Assembly (NCBI GenBank): GCA_902635455.1
Contig: CACPNW010000005.1
Span: forward strand, 9,946-73,945
Source of the DNA: an uncultured Alphaproteobacteria bacterium
GTDB taxonomy: Bacteria > Pseudomonadota > Alphaproteobacteria > HIMB59 > GCA-002718135
DNA: 64,000 bases
Direction of reading: 5' to 3'
The notes under the pieces are model-generated. The model was not told where the DNA came from. It saw only the letters and a program-made list of their open reading frames with translations, and made no database searches. This document shows, in pieces, positions 20,424 through 30,564 of this stretch; position 1 is the first letter of the stretch, and each line of letters starts with the position of its first letter. A program made the position numbers and the translations under genes.

Positions 20424-21744
20424 AATTTTAATAATAGATGATGAAAAAGATATTTGTTTTCTAATATCAGAAATTTTAAATGATGAGAATTATTTAACAG
20501 AAAATGCTCAAAATTCAGATGATGCTATCAAAAAATTTAATGATTTAAAGCCAGATCTTATTATACTAGATGTTTGGCTTTCAAATAGTAAATTAGATGG
20601 GATAGATCTTTTAAAGAAATTTAAGGAAATCAACTATAAAATTCCTGTCATTATTATAAGTGGTCACGGAACAGTAGATCTGGCTGTGAGTGCAATAAAA
20701 AATGGAGCATATGATTTTTTAGAGAAACCTTTTAACAGTGATAAATTAATTATACTTGCTAAAAGAGCTATAGAAAGCTCAATATTATCAAATGAAAATA
20801 TTAGTTTAAAAAATATTATTTCTCCTCAAGTACCCTTGATTGGAAAATCGGTTTTTATTTCCCAAGTTATTAAAAATATTACTAGCTTAGCTAGTAGCAA
20901 TGCAAGAATTTTGATTACAGGCCCATATGGAACTGGAAAAAAATTAATTGCAAAAAACATTCATCAAAATTCAAAATATAAAGAAAAGCTACCTATTATA
21001 ATTGATTTTAAAAACCTAAATAACAACAATATTGAAAATCTTTTAAATGACAATATTTCTAATCTTAATGATAATTTATTCGCTAGATCAAATAATAATA
21101 CTTTAATATTGCAAAATATTGATCTTTTACCTTTAAACTTTCAAAAAAAATTTTTATTTTTTCTTGAATCTGTAACTTTTTTTCAAGATGCTAAAATTAA
21201 ATTGGATCAAAAAATTATAAGCATAACAGAAAAAAATTTATTATCAGAAGTAGAAAAAGGTAATTTTATTAAAAGATTATTTGATAGAATTGGTGTTGAA
21301 AAAATTGAATGTATACCTCTCTCAGATAGGAGAGAAGATATTATGCCAATAATTGAATATTATTTAAATAATTATAATAAAAATCAGAATAAAATTTCAT
21401 TTTCTGAAACAGCCCAATCAAAACTAGAATTGTATGATTGGCCAGGTAACGTTTCACAAATCATTAATTACGTAGAAAAAACAATAATATTAAATCAGGG
21501 ATCAAGTAAAGTTAATAAATTAGATGTTGATGATTTAGCTTTAGAAATGGGAGATTATATCAATGAAGTTAATCAAAAAACTAACTTAGACTTATCATTA
21601 AAGGAAGCTAGAAATGAATTTGAAAAAGAATATTTGGTATCGCAAATAAAAAGATTTAATGGTAATATAGCAAAAGTATCTGAATTTACAGGTATGGAAA
21701 GAACAGCCTTATATAGAAAAATCAAATCTTTGAAAATTTCTTAA
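20416..21744 (+). CDS. ntrX: Response regulator NtrX (receiver + degenerate AAA+ + Fis-type HTH)
   Basis: 442 aa. Receiver with acceptor Asp52 (IILDVWL), Walker A GPYGTGKK, and C-terminal HTH (GNIAKVSEFTGMERTALYRKIK). No GAFTGA motif. The Walker B DE position reads QN. Confidence 0.85.
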   Translation: MHKILIIDDEKDICFLISEILNDENYLTENAQNSDDAIKKFNDLKPDLIILDVWLSNSKLDGIDLLKKFKEINYKIPVIIISGHGTVDLAVSAIKNGAYDFLEKPFNSDKLIILAKRAIESSILSNENISLKNIISPQVPLIGKSVFISQVIKNITSLASSNARILITGPYGTGKKLIAKNIHQNSKYKEKLPIIIDFKNLNNNNIENLLNDNISNLNDNLFARSNNNTLILQNIDLLPLNFQKKFLFFLESVTFFQDAKIKLDQKIISITEKNLLSEVEKGNFIKRLFDRIGVEKIECIPLSDRREDIMPIIEYYLNNYNKNQNKISFSETAQSKLELYDWPGNVSQIINYVEKTIILNQGSSKVNKLDVDDLALEMGDYINEVNQKTNLDLSLKEARNEFEKEYLVSQIKRFNGNIAKVSEFTGMERTALYRKIKSLKIS

Positions 21745-21764
21745 AATACAAAATATAGATTAAT

Positions 21765-23141
21765 ATGAAAACAATAATATGTGGAGCAGGTGAGGTTGGG
21801 TATAGTATTGCTGATAAATTATCAAAAGAAAACTTTGAGGTAACTGTAATAGATGAATCAAAATCAAGGTTAAGTAAAGTTTCAGAACATTTAGATGTAA
21901 AAACTATTAATGGAGTGCCCAGTTTACCTTCAGTTCTACAAAAAGCTGGAGCAAATGATTGTGAAATCATTATAGCTGTAACAAAAAGTGATGAAGTAAA
22001 TATGATTACTTGTCAAATTAGTCATTCATTATTTAATATTCCAAAAAAAATAGCACGAATAAGACAACAGGATTATTTGAAAGGCGAATGGCAAAACTTA
22101 TATACAAAAAATAATCTACCCATAGATCATATTATTTCGCCTGAACAAGAAGTTGCAAAAGCATTTCATCGAAGACTTATTTCTCCTGGTACAATTGATA
22201 TGGTTGAATTATCAGAAAAAAGATTAAAACTTATAGGCTTTAATTGCGACAAAAAATGTAATCTTCTAGGTTTAAATGTTAGGCAATTATCTGAAAAATT
22301 TCCTAAGTATCTAGCAAATATTTTGTTTATTTTTAGAAAAGATAAAAAATTTGTAGTTAATTCTTCAACTATTATTGAGCCTGATGATTTAATTTATATG
22401 GTTGTAGAAACAGATCATTTATCTAATGTTTTAAGGGAATTTGGACATGAAGAGTTGCAAGCTAACAAAGTTGTTATAATTGGTGGTGGCAATATAGGAT
22501 TTGCACTAGCTCAATTTATAGAAAATTCCAACACTAGTATTTCAACAGAATTGATTGAAGCAGATAAAAATAGAGCTGAATATTTGGCCTCTCATTTAGA
22601 AGGAGTTAATATTACTCATGGGGATGGTTTAGAAAATCAAATCTTAGAAGAAGTTAACATTTCTGAAGCTGGTTTTTGTATTTCTGTTACTGAAGATGAC
22701 GAAGTAAATATACTATCATCTTTATTGGCAAAAAGAGCTGGCGCAAATCAAATTATGACACTAATTAATAATAGCTCATACTCTTCTCTTTTAACAAATA
22801 TTGGAGTAGATAATACGATAGACCCAAAATTTATAACTATTTCTAAAATTTTAGAAAAAGTTAGAGGTGGTATAATATTAAGTGATTATTCTATAGGTGA
22901 AGGTTTTGGTGAAGTAATAGAAGCTGAAATTTTATCTAATTCACCTTTGTGCAACAAAAATTTAAAAGAAATCAATTTACCTAAAGGTATTAGGGTAGGG
23001 TCTATTTTTAGAGACGACAAAATTATCATACCTAATAGTCAGACAATTTTTCAAGAAAATGATGATATTGTTTTTTTTGCTGAAACTAATTGTATTAAAA
23101 AATTAGAAAAGCTTCTTTCTACAATTGAATCTTATGCATAG
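21765..23141 (+). CDS. trkA: Trk potassium uptake system NAD-binding protein TrkA
   Basis: 458 aa. Two TrkA-N Rossmann motifs (ICGAGEVG, IIGGGNIG), each followed by TrkA-C. ntrYX-trkA synteny. Confidence 0.9.
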   Translation: MKTIICGAGEVGYSIADKLSKENFEVTVIDESKSRLSKVSEHLDVKTINGVPSLPSVLQKAGANDCEIIIAVTKSDEVNMITCQISHSLFNIPKKIARIRQQDYLKGEWQNLYTKNNLPIDHIISPEQEVAKAFHRRLISPGTIDMVELSEKRLKLIGFNCDKKCNLLGLNVRQLSEKFPKYLANILFIFRKDKKFVVNSSTIIEPDDLIYMVVETDHLSNVLREFGHEELQANKVVIIGGGNIGFALAQFIENSNTSISTELIEADKNRAEYLASHLEGVNITHGDGLENQILEEVNISEAGFCISVTEDDEVNILSSLLAKRAGANQIMTLINNSSYSSLLTNIGVDNTIDPKFITISKILEKVRGGIILSDYSIGEGFGEVIEAEILSNSPLCNKNLKEINLPKGIRVGSIFRDDKIIIPNSQTIFQENDDIVFFAETNCIKKLEKLLSTIESYA

Positions 23142-23982
23142 AGTAGCATATGTTAATAATTCTTTTGTGCCAATGGACAAGGCTTTTGTTTCCATAGAAG
23201 ATAGAGGATTGCAATTCTCTGACAGTGTTTATGAAGTTGTGATGGTTATAAATAAAAATTTAATTGATTTTGAACACCATATTAAAAGATTAGAATTTTC
23301 TTTAAATCAACTTTCTATAAAATTTTATATAAACAAAATAATTATTAAAAATATTTTTCAAAAGCTTATAAAAAAAAATTCATTAAAAAATGGAATATTG
23401 TATCTTCAAATTACAAGGGGTGTTCAACCTCGTGAACATGCATACAAAAAAAATTTAAAACCTACATTTATATGCTATACTCAAAAAAAAACATTTAATT
23501 TACCAAATAACAATTTTAAGTCTTATAAAGCTGTTACTTATCCTGATATAAGATGGTCACGTGTAGATATTAAATCTACTTCATTACTTCCAAATATTTT
23601 AGCTTCAACTTATGCTTTGAAAAATAAAGCTTATGAAGCTATTTTCATAAAAAATAACAAAATAACTGAAGCTGCACATTCAAATGTTTGGATAATTAAA
23701 AATAATACAATTTATACTCATCCTGCAAAATCTAGAATTTTAAATGGAATTACTAGGTTAAAAATTATCGAAATAATTAAAAAAAATAAATTAAAATTTA
23801 AAGAAAAAACTTTTACTTTAAAACAACTTTATGATGCTGATGAGGTCTTTATTACTAGCTCAGGAAGCCTGATAACACCTATTAATAAAATTGATAATAA
23901 AAAAATAAATAATGGTAAAATAGGAATATTAACAAAAAAATTAGCAGTAATGCTTATAAGTAATTATAAAAAACAAAAATAA
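23134..23982 (+). CDS. Class IV (D-amino-acid / branched-chain) aminotransferase
   Basis: The track ORF starts at a TTG at 23125; I prefer the ATG at 23134 (MHRVAYVNNSF...). Fold-type IV features: VSIEDRGLQFSDSVYEV, a Lys in DIKSTSLLPNILA, and EAAHSNVWIIKNNTIYTHP. Confidence 0.8.
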   Translation: MHRVAYVNNSFVPMDKAFVSIEDRGLQFSDSVYEVVMVINKNLIDFEHHIKRLEFSLNQLSIKFYINKIIIKNIFQKLIKKNSLKNGILYLQITRGVQPREHAYKKNLKPTFICYTQKKTFNLPNNNFKSYKAVTYPDIRWSRVDIKSTSLLPNILASTYALKNKAYEAIFIKNNKITEAAHSNVWIIKNNTIYTHPAKSRILNGITRLKIIEIIKKNKLKFKEKTFTLKQLYDADEVFITSSGSLITPINKIDNKKINNGKIGILTKKLAVMLISNYKKQK

Positions 23983-24800
23983 TGGAAATAGTTGATAATG
24001 ATAAAATTAAATCAATTATGTACGATGTTTCTAAAAAAAATATATTACCATTTTTTAGAAATTTAAAATCAAATCAAATCAATTATAAAAATAATAAAGA
24101 TATAGTTACTTCTATTGATATAGAAGTTGAAAATTATTTAAATAAAACTTTGTCACAGCTAATCAAAAAATCAAATTTTATTGGTGAGGAGCTTTATTTT
24201 AAAAACCCCTCTATATTAGATAATTATAATAAATCAGAATATTGTTGGACTGTAGATCCTATCGATGGAACTTCAAATTTTGTAAATGGTAAAAAAAAAT
24301 TTGCAATAATGATAGCTCTAACATTTAAAAAAAATATTATTCAATCTTGGATTTATAAACCACTAACAGAAGATTTGATGTATGCAACTAATAAAAAAGG
24401 AACTTATATAAATGGACATAAAGTATTTAAGATTAAAAATAAAAAAATTGTTAATTCAACTGGTTCAATTAGCTTTAAGTATTGGAATAAAAAAGATCAA
24501 AATACAATTTATATTTTAAAAAATAATTTTAAAAAGATTAATTCATATGGATCTATTGGTTGTGAATATTTTGATATCGTTTTAGGAAAAAGAGATTTTA
24601 CAATATTATCTAAATTATCCCCTTGGGATCATATACCTGGAGTGCTTTTGGTTAGGGAGTCAGGAGGTGCAGATTGTCATTTTGATAAAAAACGTTATAA
24701 ATTTAATAAAAAATGTAAAAATTTAATTGTTAGTAATTCTAAAACATTAAATTTAGAGATTATTAAAAAAATAGAGGAGATAAATCATGACTATAAATAA
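23982..24800 (+). CDS. Inositol monophosphatase family protein
   Basis: 272 aa. WTVDPIDGTSNF metal-binding motif and the later WDHIPG motif. Confidence 0.75.
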   Translation: MEIVDNDKIKSIMYDVSKKNILPFFRNLKSNQINYKNNKDIVTSIDIEVENYLNKTLSQLIKKSNFIGEELYFKNPSILDNYNKSEYCWTVDPIDGTSNFVNGKKKFAIMIALTFKKNIIQSWIYKPLTEDLMYATNKKGTYINGHKVFKIKNKKIVNSTGSISFKYWNKKDQNTIYILKNNFKKINSYGSIGCEYFDIVLGKRDFTILSKLSPWDHIPGVLLVRESGGADCHFDKKRYKFNKKCKNLIVSNSKTLNLEIIKKIEEINHDYK

Positions 24801-25659
24801 AGTAGCCTTTATTGGATTGGGGGTTATGGGTTATCCAATGGCTGGGTATTTAGCTAAAAATGGATATGAAGTTAATGTCTACAACAGAACCATTTCAAAA
24901 GCTGAAAAATGGGCCAAAAACTTTAAAGGTAAAATTTCATACTCACCTGGTGAGGCTTGTGCAGATGCCCAAATTATATTCATGTGTGTTGGTCGTGATG
25001 AAGATATAGTTGAAGTTATGGAATCTAAAAATGGCATTCTCTCAACTATAAAAGAAGGTACCATTATTGTAGATCACACAACTGCTTCAGCTGAAATTGC
25101 TCAAAGTTACTTTAATAAACTAAAAAAAAATGATATTTCTTTTTTAGATGCACCTATTTCTGGTGGACAAGCAGGCGCTGAAAATGGTGTTTTATCAATA
25201 ATGATTGGTGGTGAAGAAGGTGCTTATCACCTGGTTAAACCAGCTCTTAAATCATATGGCAAAGCCATTGAATTAATAGGCCCATCAGGTTCAGGCCAAG
25301 TTGCAAAAATGATTAATCAAATATGTATTGCTGGACTAGTACAAGGTTTATCTGAAGCAATGGCATTTGGAAAAAAAGCAAATGTTGATATGGAAAAAGT
25401 TTTGAGTGTAATTTCTAAAGGTGCTGCACAATCTTGGCAAATGGAAAATAGATATCGTACCATGTTAGATGGAAAGTTTGATTTTGGTTTCGCAGTTGAT
25501 TGGATGCGTAAGGATTTATCTATTTGTTTTAGTGAAGCCAAAAAAAATGGCGCACATTTACCAATAACTGAAATCGTTGACAGATATTATGCTGAAATTC
25601 AAAATAAAGGCGGTAATCGTTTAGATACCTCTTCTTTGATGAAATTAGTTGATAAATAA
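24787..25659 (+). CDS. NAD(P)-dependent 3-hydroxyisobutyrate dehydrogenase-like oxidoreductase
   Basis: 290 aa. N-terminal Rossmann FIGLGVMGYPMA. The rest resembles the 6-PGDH-like beta-hydroxyacid dehydrogenase family (DAPISGG, GSGQVAKMINQ). Confidence 0.8.
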   Translation: MTINKVAFIGLGVMGYPMAGYLAKNGYEVNVYNRTISKAEKWAKNFKGKISYSPGEACADAQIIFMCVGRDEDIVEVMESKNGILSTIKEGTIIVDHTTASAEIAQSYFNKLKKNDISFLDAPISGGQAGAENGVLSIMIGGEEGAYHLVKPALKSYGKAIELIGPSGSGQVAKMINQICIAGLVQGLSEAMAFGKKANVDMEKVLSVISKGAAQSWQMENRYRTMLDGKFDFGFAVDWMRKDLSICFSEAKKNGAHLPITEIVDRYYAEIQNKGGNRLDTSSLMKLVDK

Positions 25660-26559
25660 ATGTCAAAAAATTTATTTTTGGCAATAATTTTATTAATTGC
25701 CTCTTCTTTTTTTTGGTCAGGAAATTTTTTTGCAGGAAAAATTTCTAATTTAATCGAACTTACACCTTTTAAACTTAGTTTTTTCCGTTGGTTACTTGCA
25801 TTACTCATTCTACTTCCTTTTACTTATTCTCAAATAATAAAAGATTTTAATTATTATAAAAAAAACTTTTTACTAATGACAATAATTGCAATTTTAGGTG
25901 TAACAATTTTTAATTCTTTTACTTATATTTCTCTTGAAACTACTATGGTTATAAATTCTACCCTAATGGCATCTGTAGCACCAGTTATGATGATTGGTTT
26001 TTCTTGGTTAATTTTTAGAACTAAAACCACAAGGTTTCAGATTGCAGGAATTATTTTATCTCTCTTTGGTGCTTTTTCTATTATTTTAAAAGGTAACTTA
26101 AATAATTTATATAATTTATATTTTACTTCTGGTGATTTGTGGATGTTAGCTGCTGTTATTGCATGGTGTTTATATTCAGTATTACTTCGAAAGATTGATA
26201 ACAAAACATCTCAACTAGCTAATTTAGAAGTAATGATTATAATAGGTATAATATTTATTTTCCCATTTTATATACTTGAGTCTTCTTTTTCGACTTATCT
26301 TCCATCAACTGGATTAGATTTGGCAATTATTTGTTATGTAGCTGTATTTGCTAGCATCGTTGCATTTTTTTCATGGAACAAAGGAGTTTCTATAATTGGG
26401 CCAAACAGAGCAAGTCTTTTTCTTCATTTAATACCTGTATTTAGTTCAATATGGGCTATTTCTTTTTTAAATGAAAAATTTTCTTTTTTTCATTTTATTG
26501 GTGTACTTTTCATACTATCCGGAATTATACTATCAAATATAAAGAAATATAATGAGTAA
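25660..26559 (+). CDS. EamA/DMT-family transporter
   Basis: 299 aa with about 10 TM segments in two EamA-like halves. Confidence 0.78.
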   Translation: MSKNLFLAIILLIASSFFWSGNFFAGKISNLIELTPFKLSFFRWLLALLILLPFTYSQIIKDFNYYKKNFLLMTIIAILGVTIFNSFTYISLETTMVINSTLMASVAPVMMIGFSWLIFRTKTTRFQIAGIILSLFGAFSIILKGNLNNLYNLYFTSGDLWMLAAVIAWCLYSVLLRKIDNKTSQLANLEVMIIIGIIFIFPFYILESSFSTYLPSTGLDLAIICYVAVFASIVAFFSWNKGVSIIGPNRASLFLHLIPVFSSIWAISFLNEKFSFFHFIGVLFILSGIILSNIKKYNE

Positions 26560-26947
26560 AATTAGCAAAACTGATAAAGAATGGAAGTCTCTTCTCACAG
26601 AAGATGAATATTATGTAACAAGAAAAAAAGGAACTGAACCGCCTTTCACAGGGAAAAATTTTCAAATAGTAAATGGTGGTATATTTAGATGTAAGTGCTG
26701 TAATAATGAATTATTTAATAGTTCAGCAAAATATGATTCATTTTGTGGATGGCCAAGTTTTTTTGAACAAATATCATCAGAAGCAATTAAAACAGAAGTT
26801 GATAAATCGCATGGTATGGTTCGAATAGAAATTATGTGTGCTAAGTGCGACGCTCACTTAGGACACATATTTGATGATGGTCCTAAACCAACAGGTAAAA
26901 GATATTGTGTAAATTCCTTATCAATTAACTACGAAGAATTTGAATAA
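26552..26947 (+). CDS. msrB: Peptide-methionine (R)-S-oxide reductase
   Basis: 131 aa. SelR domain with two CxxC pairs (CKCCNNEL, CAKCDAHLGHIF) and the catalytic RYCVNS. Confidence 0.95.
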   Translation: MSKISKTDKEWKSLLTEDEYYVTRKKGTEPPFTGKNFQIVNGGIFRCKCCNNELFNSSAKYDSFCGWPSFFEQISSEAIKTEVDKSHGMVRIEIMCAKCDAHLGHIFDDGPKPTGKRYCVNSLSINYEEFE

Positions 26948-28106
26948 TACTTCTTTTACACTCCTATTTTCATCCATAGGTCATGCACTCATGCATATGT
27001 TTGCTGCTTTTTATTTTGTTATTATTTTAACAATAGAAAAAGAATGGAGTATTTCTTACGATCAATTAATTCGTTTATGGTCTCTTGGCGCTTTATTAAT
27101 TGGTTTAGGAGCTATTCCTTTTGGGTGGTTAAGTGATAAATGGTCTCGCTCAGGCACAATGACCATTATGTTTATTGGCATGGGTATTGCATCTATTTTG
27201 TGTGGTCTAAGTACTTCCGTTTCTTTTTTATTTTTTTCATTATCATTACTTGGACTTTTTTGTTCAATCTATCATCCAGTTGGCATTCCGTGGGTTATCA
27301 ATTCAGCGAATAAACAGGGAAGGGCATTAGGAATAAATGGTATCTTTGGAGGAGTAGGTATTGGATCAGGAGCATTTATTGCTGGAAGTTTAACTGAATT
27401 GTTTAATTGGCAATTTGCATTTATCTTGCCAGGTTTAATATCAATAGTAATTGGCTTGGTTCTTGTTTATTTAATTTATGTTAATAAAATTTCATATAGA
27501 AATTTTTTTATAAACAATGTTCAGCAAGATCATTCACGAAATGAAATGATGTTAATTGCATTTATAATGCTTTTATCAATGTTTGCTCTAGGATTATCTT
27601 TTCATAACACTCAAACAGCTTTACCTAAAGTTTTTGAGATAAGAATAGGTAATATCAACTCAATACAAATTGGTTTTATGATTGGTATTATCTATTTTAT
27701 TTCAGGAGCTACAACATTTATCGGAGGTTTGCTTGCAGATCGGTTTAATTTGAAAGTAATCTATATCATTGGTATATTTCTGCAGTTTCCGTGTTACCTG
27801 GGTATAGCCTATATTTCTGGTTATTCACTTGTTATCTTATGCATATTAGCAGCTATATTTAATGCTAGTATTCTTCCAACTGAGAACCTTCTTCTTAGTA
27901 AGTTTACACCTCAAAAATATCATGGTGTTGTTTATGGGATAAAATTTATCTTAGCTTTTGGATCAGGTCCTATATCTGTGTTCTTAATTTCAGAAATATA
28001 TTCTATTACTCTAGAATTTACTTATTTATTTTTAATTAATGCTGTTATGATGGCCTTTGTATCAATATTTATTTTGTTTTTACCAATTAAAATAAAAAAT
28101 ACCTAG
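26940..28106 (+). CDS. MFS transporter
   Basis: 388 aa, TTG start. About 12 TM segments with a loop 2-3 motif, GWLSDKWSRSG. Confidence 0.75.
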   Translation: MNNTSFTLLFSSIGHALMHMFAAFYFVIILTIEKEWSISYDQLIRLWSLGALLIGLGAIPFGWLSDKWSRSGTMTIMFIGMGIASILCGLSTSVSFLFFSLSLLGLFCSIYHPVGIPWVINSANKQGRALGINGIFGGVGIGSGAFIAGSLTELFNWQFAFILPGLISIVIGLVLVYLIYVNKISYRNFFINNVQQDHSRNEMMLIAFIMLLSMFALGLSFHNTQTALPKVFEIRIGNINSIQIGFMIGIIYFISGATTFIGGLLADRFNLKVIYIIGIFLQFPCYLGIAYISGYSLVILCILAAIFNASILPTENLLLSKFTPQKYHGVVYGIKFILAFGSGPISVFLISEIYSITLEFTYLFLINAVMMAFVSIFILFLPIKIKNT

Positions 28107-28109
28107 TTA

Positions 28110-28334
28110 CTAAGAATTAGATTTTAATTTTTCAAGATAATCAATTACCTCATTATATTTTTCATTAGGAATATCCTTATATGTCATACCAAAATAATTT
28201 TTTACCTCTAAAGCTACATGTGCATAGGGATTCCTCCCTTTAGGATGATTGGGATGATCTGGTAATTTGCCTTTCAAAAAATCACCTGTTTCCTGAATTA
28301 GTTTCCAAATTTTACTTGCATTTTCTTTGTTCAT
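28110..28334 (-). CDS. Small hypothetical protein (possible ORF6C-like motif)
   Basis: 74 aa, soluble. The C-terminal half, YAHVALEVKNYFGMTYKDIPNEKYNEVIDYLEKL, recalls from memory the ORF6C-type C-terminal domain of phage antirepressor-like proteins. Not verified. Confidence 0.45.
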   Translation of the reverse strand: MNKENASKIWKLIQETGDFLKGKLPDHPNHPKGRNPYAHVALEVKNYFGMTYKDIPNEKYNEVIDYLEKLKSNS

Positions 28335-28390
28335 TATATTTGGTTTATATTAAAAAAAATAATTTCATCTGTAACTTAAAATGTAAATAA

Positions 28391-29191
28391 TTAATTTTTT
28401 GATGAAACGATAGCTTTATATTTTTTATGCATTTCTTTTCTTCTTGCAACAGCTTGATTATCTAATTCATCAGATTGAGCAGGCAAGTCATTTTCAAAAT
28501 TATTATATTCATCTGTACCTCTTACGCAGATAGCGCTATCATTCTCGCTTTTAGTCTGTTTTAAATGAGTTGCTATATATTGGATATTTAATCCGATTCT
28601 TCGATCATTGCTGTTATTTGGCATTGAAGAATGAATTGTCCATCCATGATGAAATGAGGCTTCTCCAGGTTTAAGGGCACATAAAATTTTTTTACTTTCA
28701 TCAAATTTTGTTACTTTTTGGCTTTGAGAAAGCACATTGTTTTTTTCTTTTCCAGTTTTGTGTTCTTTTTTTCCCTCTAAATGACTACCTGGAATCATGT
28801 ACATTGCACCACTTTCTCCATCTGCATTTGAAAGAGCTAACCATACCGAAACTTGATCATCATGGCTAAAGCCCCAATAGGTTAAATCTTGATGCCAACT
28901 TACAAATGTAGGGGTCCGAGGTTCTTTTATAATATAAGTACTATTATAAAGTAAAATATTTTTTCCAATTAAATTTTCTACTATATCTAAAATACTTTTA
29001 TTTGTAGCTAAGTCATAAGCAGATTTTAAAATAGTATGCATTTTGGATTGATAATGAAGATTTCCTAAAATTTTTTCAGTATCTTCTAATATTTGTCTAT
29101 GTTTTTTTGTTTCTGCTGATGAAATTATCCTAATGGGTGATAAGAAGCCATTTTCATCATATTCTTGTTTGTATTTTTCTATTACTTTCAT
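28391..29191 (-). CDS. Phytanoyl-CoA dioxygenase (PhyH) family Fe(II)/2-oxoglutarate oxygenase
   Basis: The track ORF extends to 29242 and would overlap pepC by 31 nt. I prefer Met18 (ATG at 29191, MKVIEKYKQEYDENGFL...). PhyH-like features: WHQDLTYW (HxD), and HHGWTIHSS with a distal His. Confidence 0.75.
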   Translation of the reverse strand: MKVIEKYKQEYDENGFLSPIRIISSAETKKHRQILEDTEKILGNLHYQSKMHTILKSAYDLATNKSILDIVENLIGKNILLYNSTYIIKEPRTPTFVSWHQDLTYWGFSHDDQVSVWLALSNADGESGAMYMIPGSHLEGKKEHKTGKEKNNVLSQSQKVTKFDESKKILCALKPGEASFHHGWTIHSSMPNNSNDRRIGLNIQYIATHLKQTKSENDSAICVRGTDEYNNFENDLPAQSDELDNQAVARRKEMHKKYKAIVSSKN

Positions 29192-29211
29192 AGAATCAAT
29201 AAAATTATATT

Positions 29212-30534
29212 TTATTTTGCTAATGCACCCATTGGATCCCAAGGTGCTAGTGGTATTGGCTCCATATCTAAATATTTTAAGAGTTTTTTATTTAGATATT
29301 TTTTATCAATTACTACTTCATAGGTATATTCATCAAACCATTCATCAGTCATCATCATATATCCTTGATTACCACTCTTTGTTCCCCAGCTATTTTCAAT
29401 TTTCCATTTAGTGGAATTTCTTTTTTTAATATCAACACCAGTTAAAAGCATTGCATGCGTCATTTCACTATCACCATACTCTAAACGTGTTTGTTTATTC
29501 ATCTTAAAAGATGTTTGAAAGACATTTTCATAGTCATAAATACCCATATCGAGAACACCCATGTCTCTACTAAAACGTTTACCAACATCACAACCAAACC
29601 ATACAGCTTCATTATTTTTTATTGAGTTCATCGCTGATTTTTTTAGTTCTTTTATATCTACATTTAGATATTTAATAATTTGACCTTCAGCTACATTACC
29701 AAGATATTCAACAGTGTACATTGTATTAAATTTTTTATTACTCATAGGAGCATGAATTAAACAAACTTTATCTTTGATATTTATATCTGCATACTTTTTG
29801 CAGAAATCTTTTGGTCTCATATCTGAAATTACAATGTGTTTATTATCTTTATTTCTAGTAGACCAATTTATAACATCTGGTGGTTGACCTAGAAACATTG
29901 CTAGTAAATTATAAATTGTCTCCATCATATCTTTTTTGAGAGCTGAAGAATTTTTAGCTGGTTTTTTTCTTAGTGTGGAAGCAAACTCTCTTAATTTATG
30001 AGTCAGAATATAATTCATGGCACCAGATTTACTACTATGATTTGTTTCAGGCATTACTTCTTTAGGTACTGCACCGTATTTATTGATTAGGTTTACAAAC
30101 ATATCCCACTGTCCACCATCTTGCACGGGGGCTTTTAAGAGATGTGTTATTAATCTGCTCTCATATGATTCATTTCTTGATTTAGTAATATTCTCTAAAA
30201 AATAATTGGCTTTTTCTAACTTATCCCAAAACATAAAATAATTTTGTGAAAATTCAAATGTATTAAGTTCCAGATTATCGACGACCTGTAAACGCATAAG
30301 ATTTAATCCTGCAAACCCCCAACATCTTCCTGATGCCATTTGATTTGTTGCAGGAAGTTCTTTTTTAATTAGATTGGAAAAATTATGATTTATTTGAATA
30401 AAGTTTTCCCAATTGAGTGCAACATTAGCTAAATCATTTTTAATTAACGCATTTCGTGATGCTGTATTTTTATTATTTCTTAAAAATTTATTTTTGAAAG
30501 TTTTGATTGTTGAAAGAGATATATTTTTTGCCAT
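29212..30534 (-). CDS. pepC: Aminopeptidase C / bleomycin hydrolase family cysteine peptidase (C1B)
   Basis: 440 aa. Catalytic Cys context QMASGRCWGFAG, His context THAMLLTGVD, and ENSWG. Confidence 0.88.
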   Translation of the reverse strand: MAKNISLSTIKTFKNKFLRNNKNTASRNALIKNDLANVALNWENFIQINHNFSNLIKKELPATNQMASGRCWGFAGLNLMRLQVVDNLELNTFEFSQNYFMFWDKLEKANYFLENITKSRNESYESRLITHLLKAPVQDGGQWDMFVNLINKYGAVPKEVMPETNHSSKSGAMNYILTHKLREFASTLRKKPAKNSSALKKDMMETIYNLLAMFLGQPPDVINWSTRNKDNKHIVISDMRPKDFCKKYADINIKDKVCLIHAPMSNKKFNTMYTVEYLGNVAEGQIIKYLNVDIKELKKSAMNSIKNNEAVWFGCDVGKRFSRDMGVLDMGIYDYENVFQTSFKMNKQTRLEYGDSEMTHAMLLTGVDIKKRNSTKWKIENSWGTKSGNQGYMMMTDEWFDEYTYEVVIDKKYLNKKLLKYLDMEPIPLAPWDPMGALAK

Positions 30535-30564
30535 ATTCTCTATTTAAAACTATTTCAACTTAAT

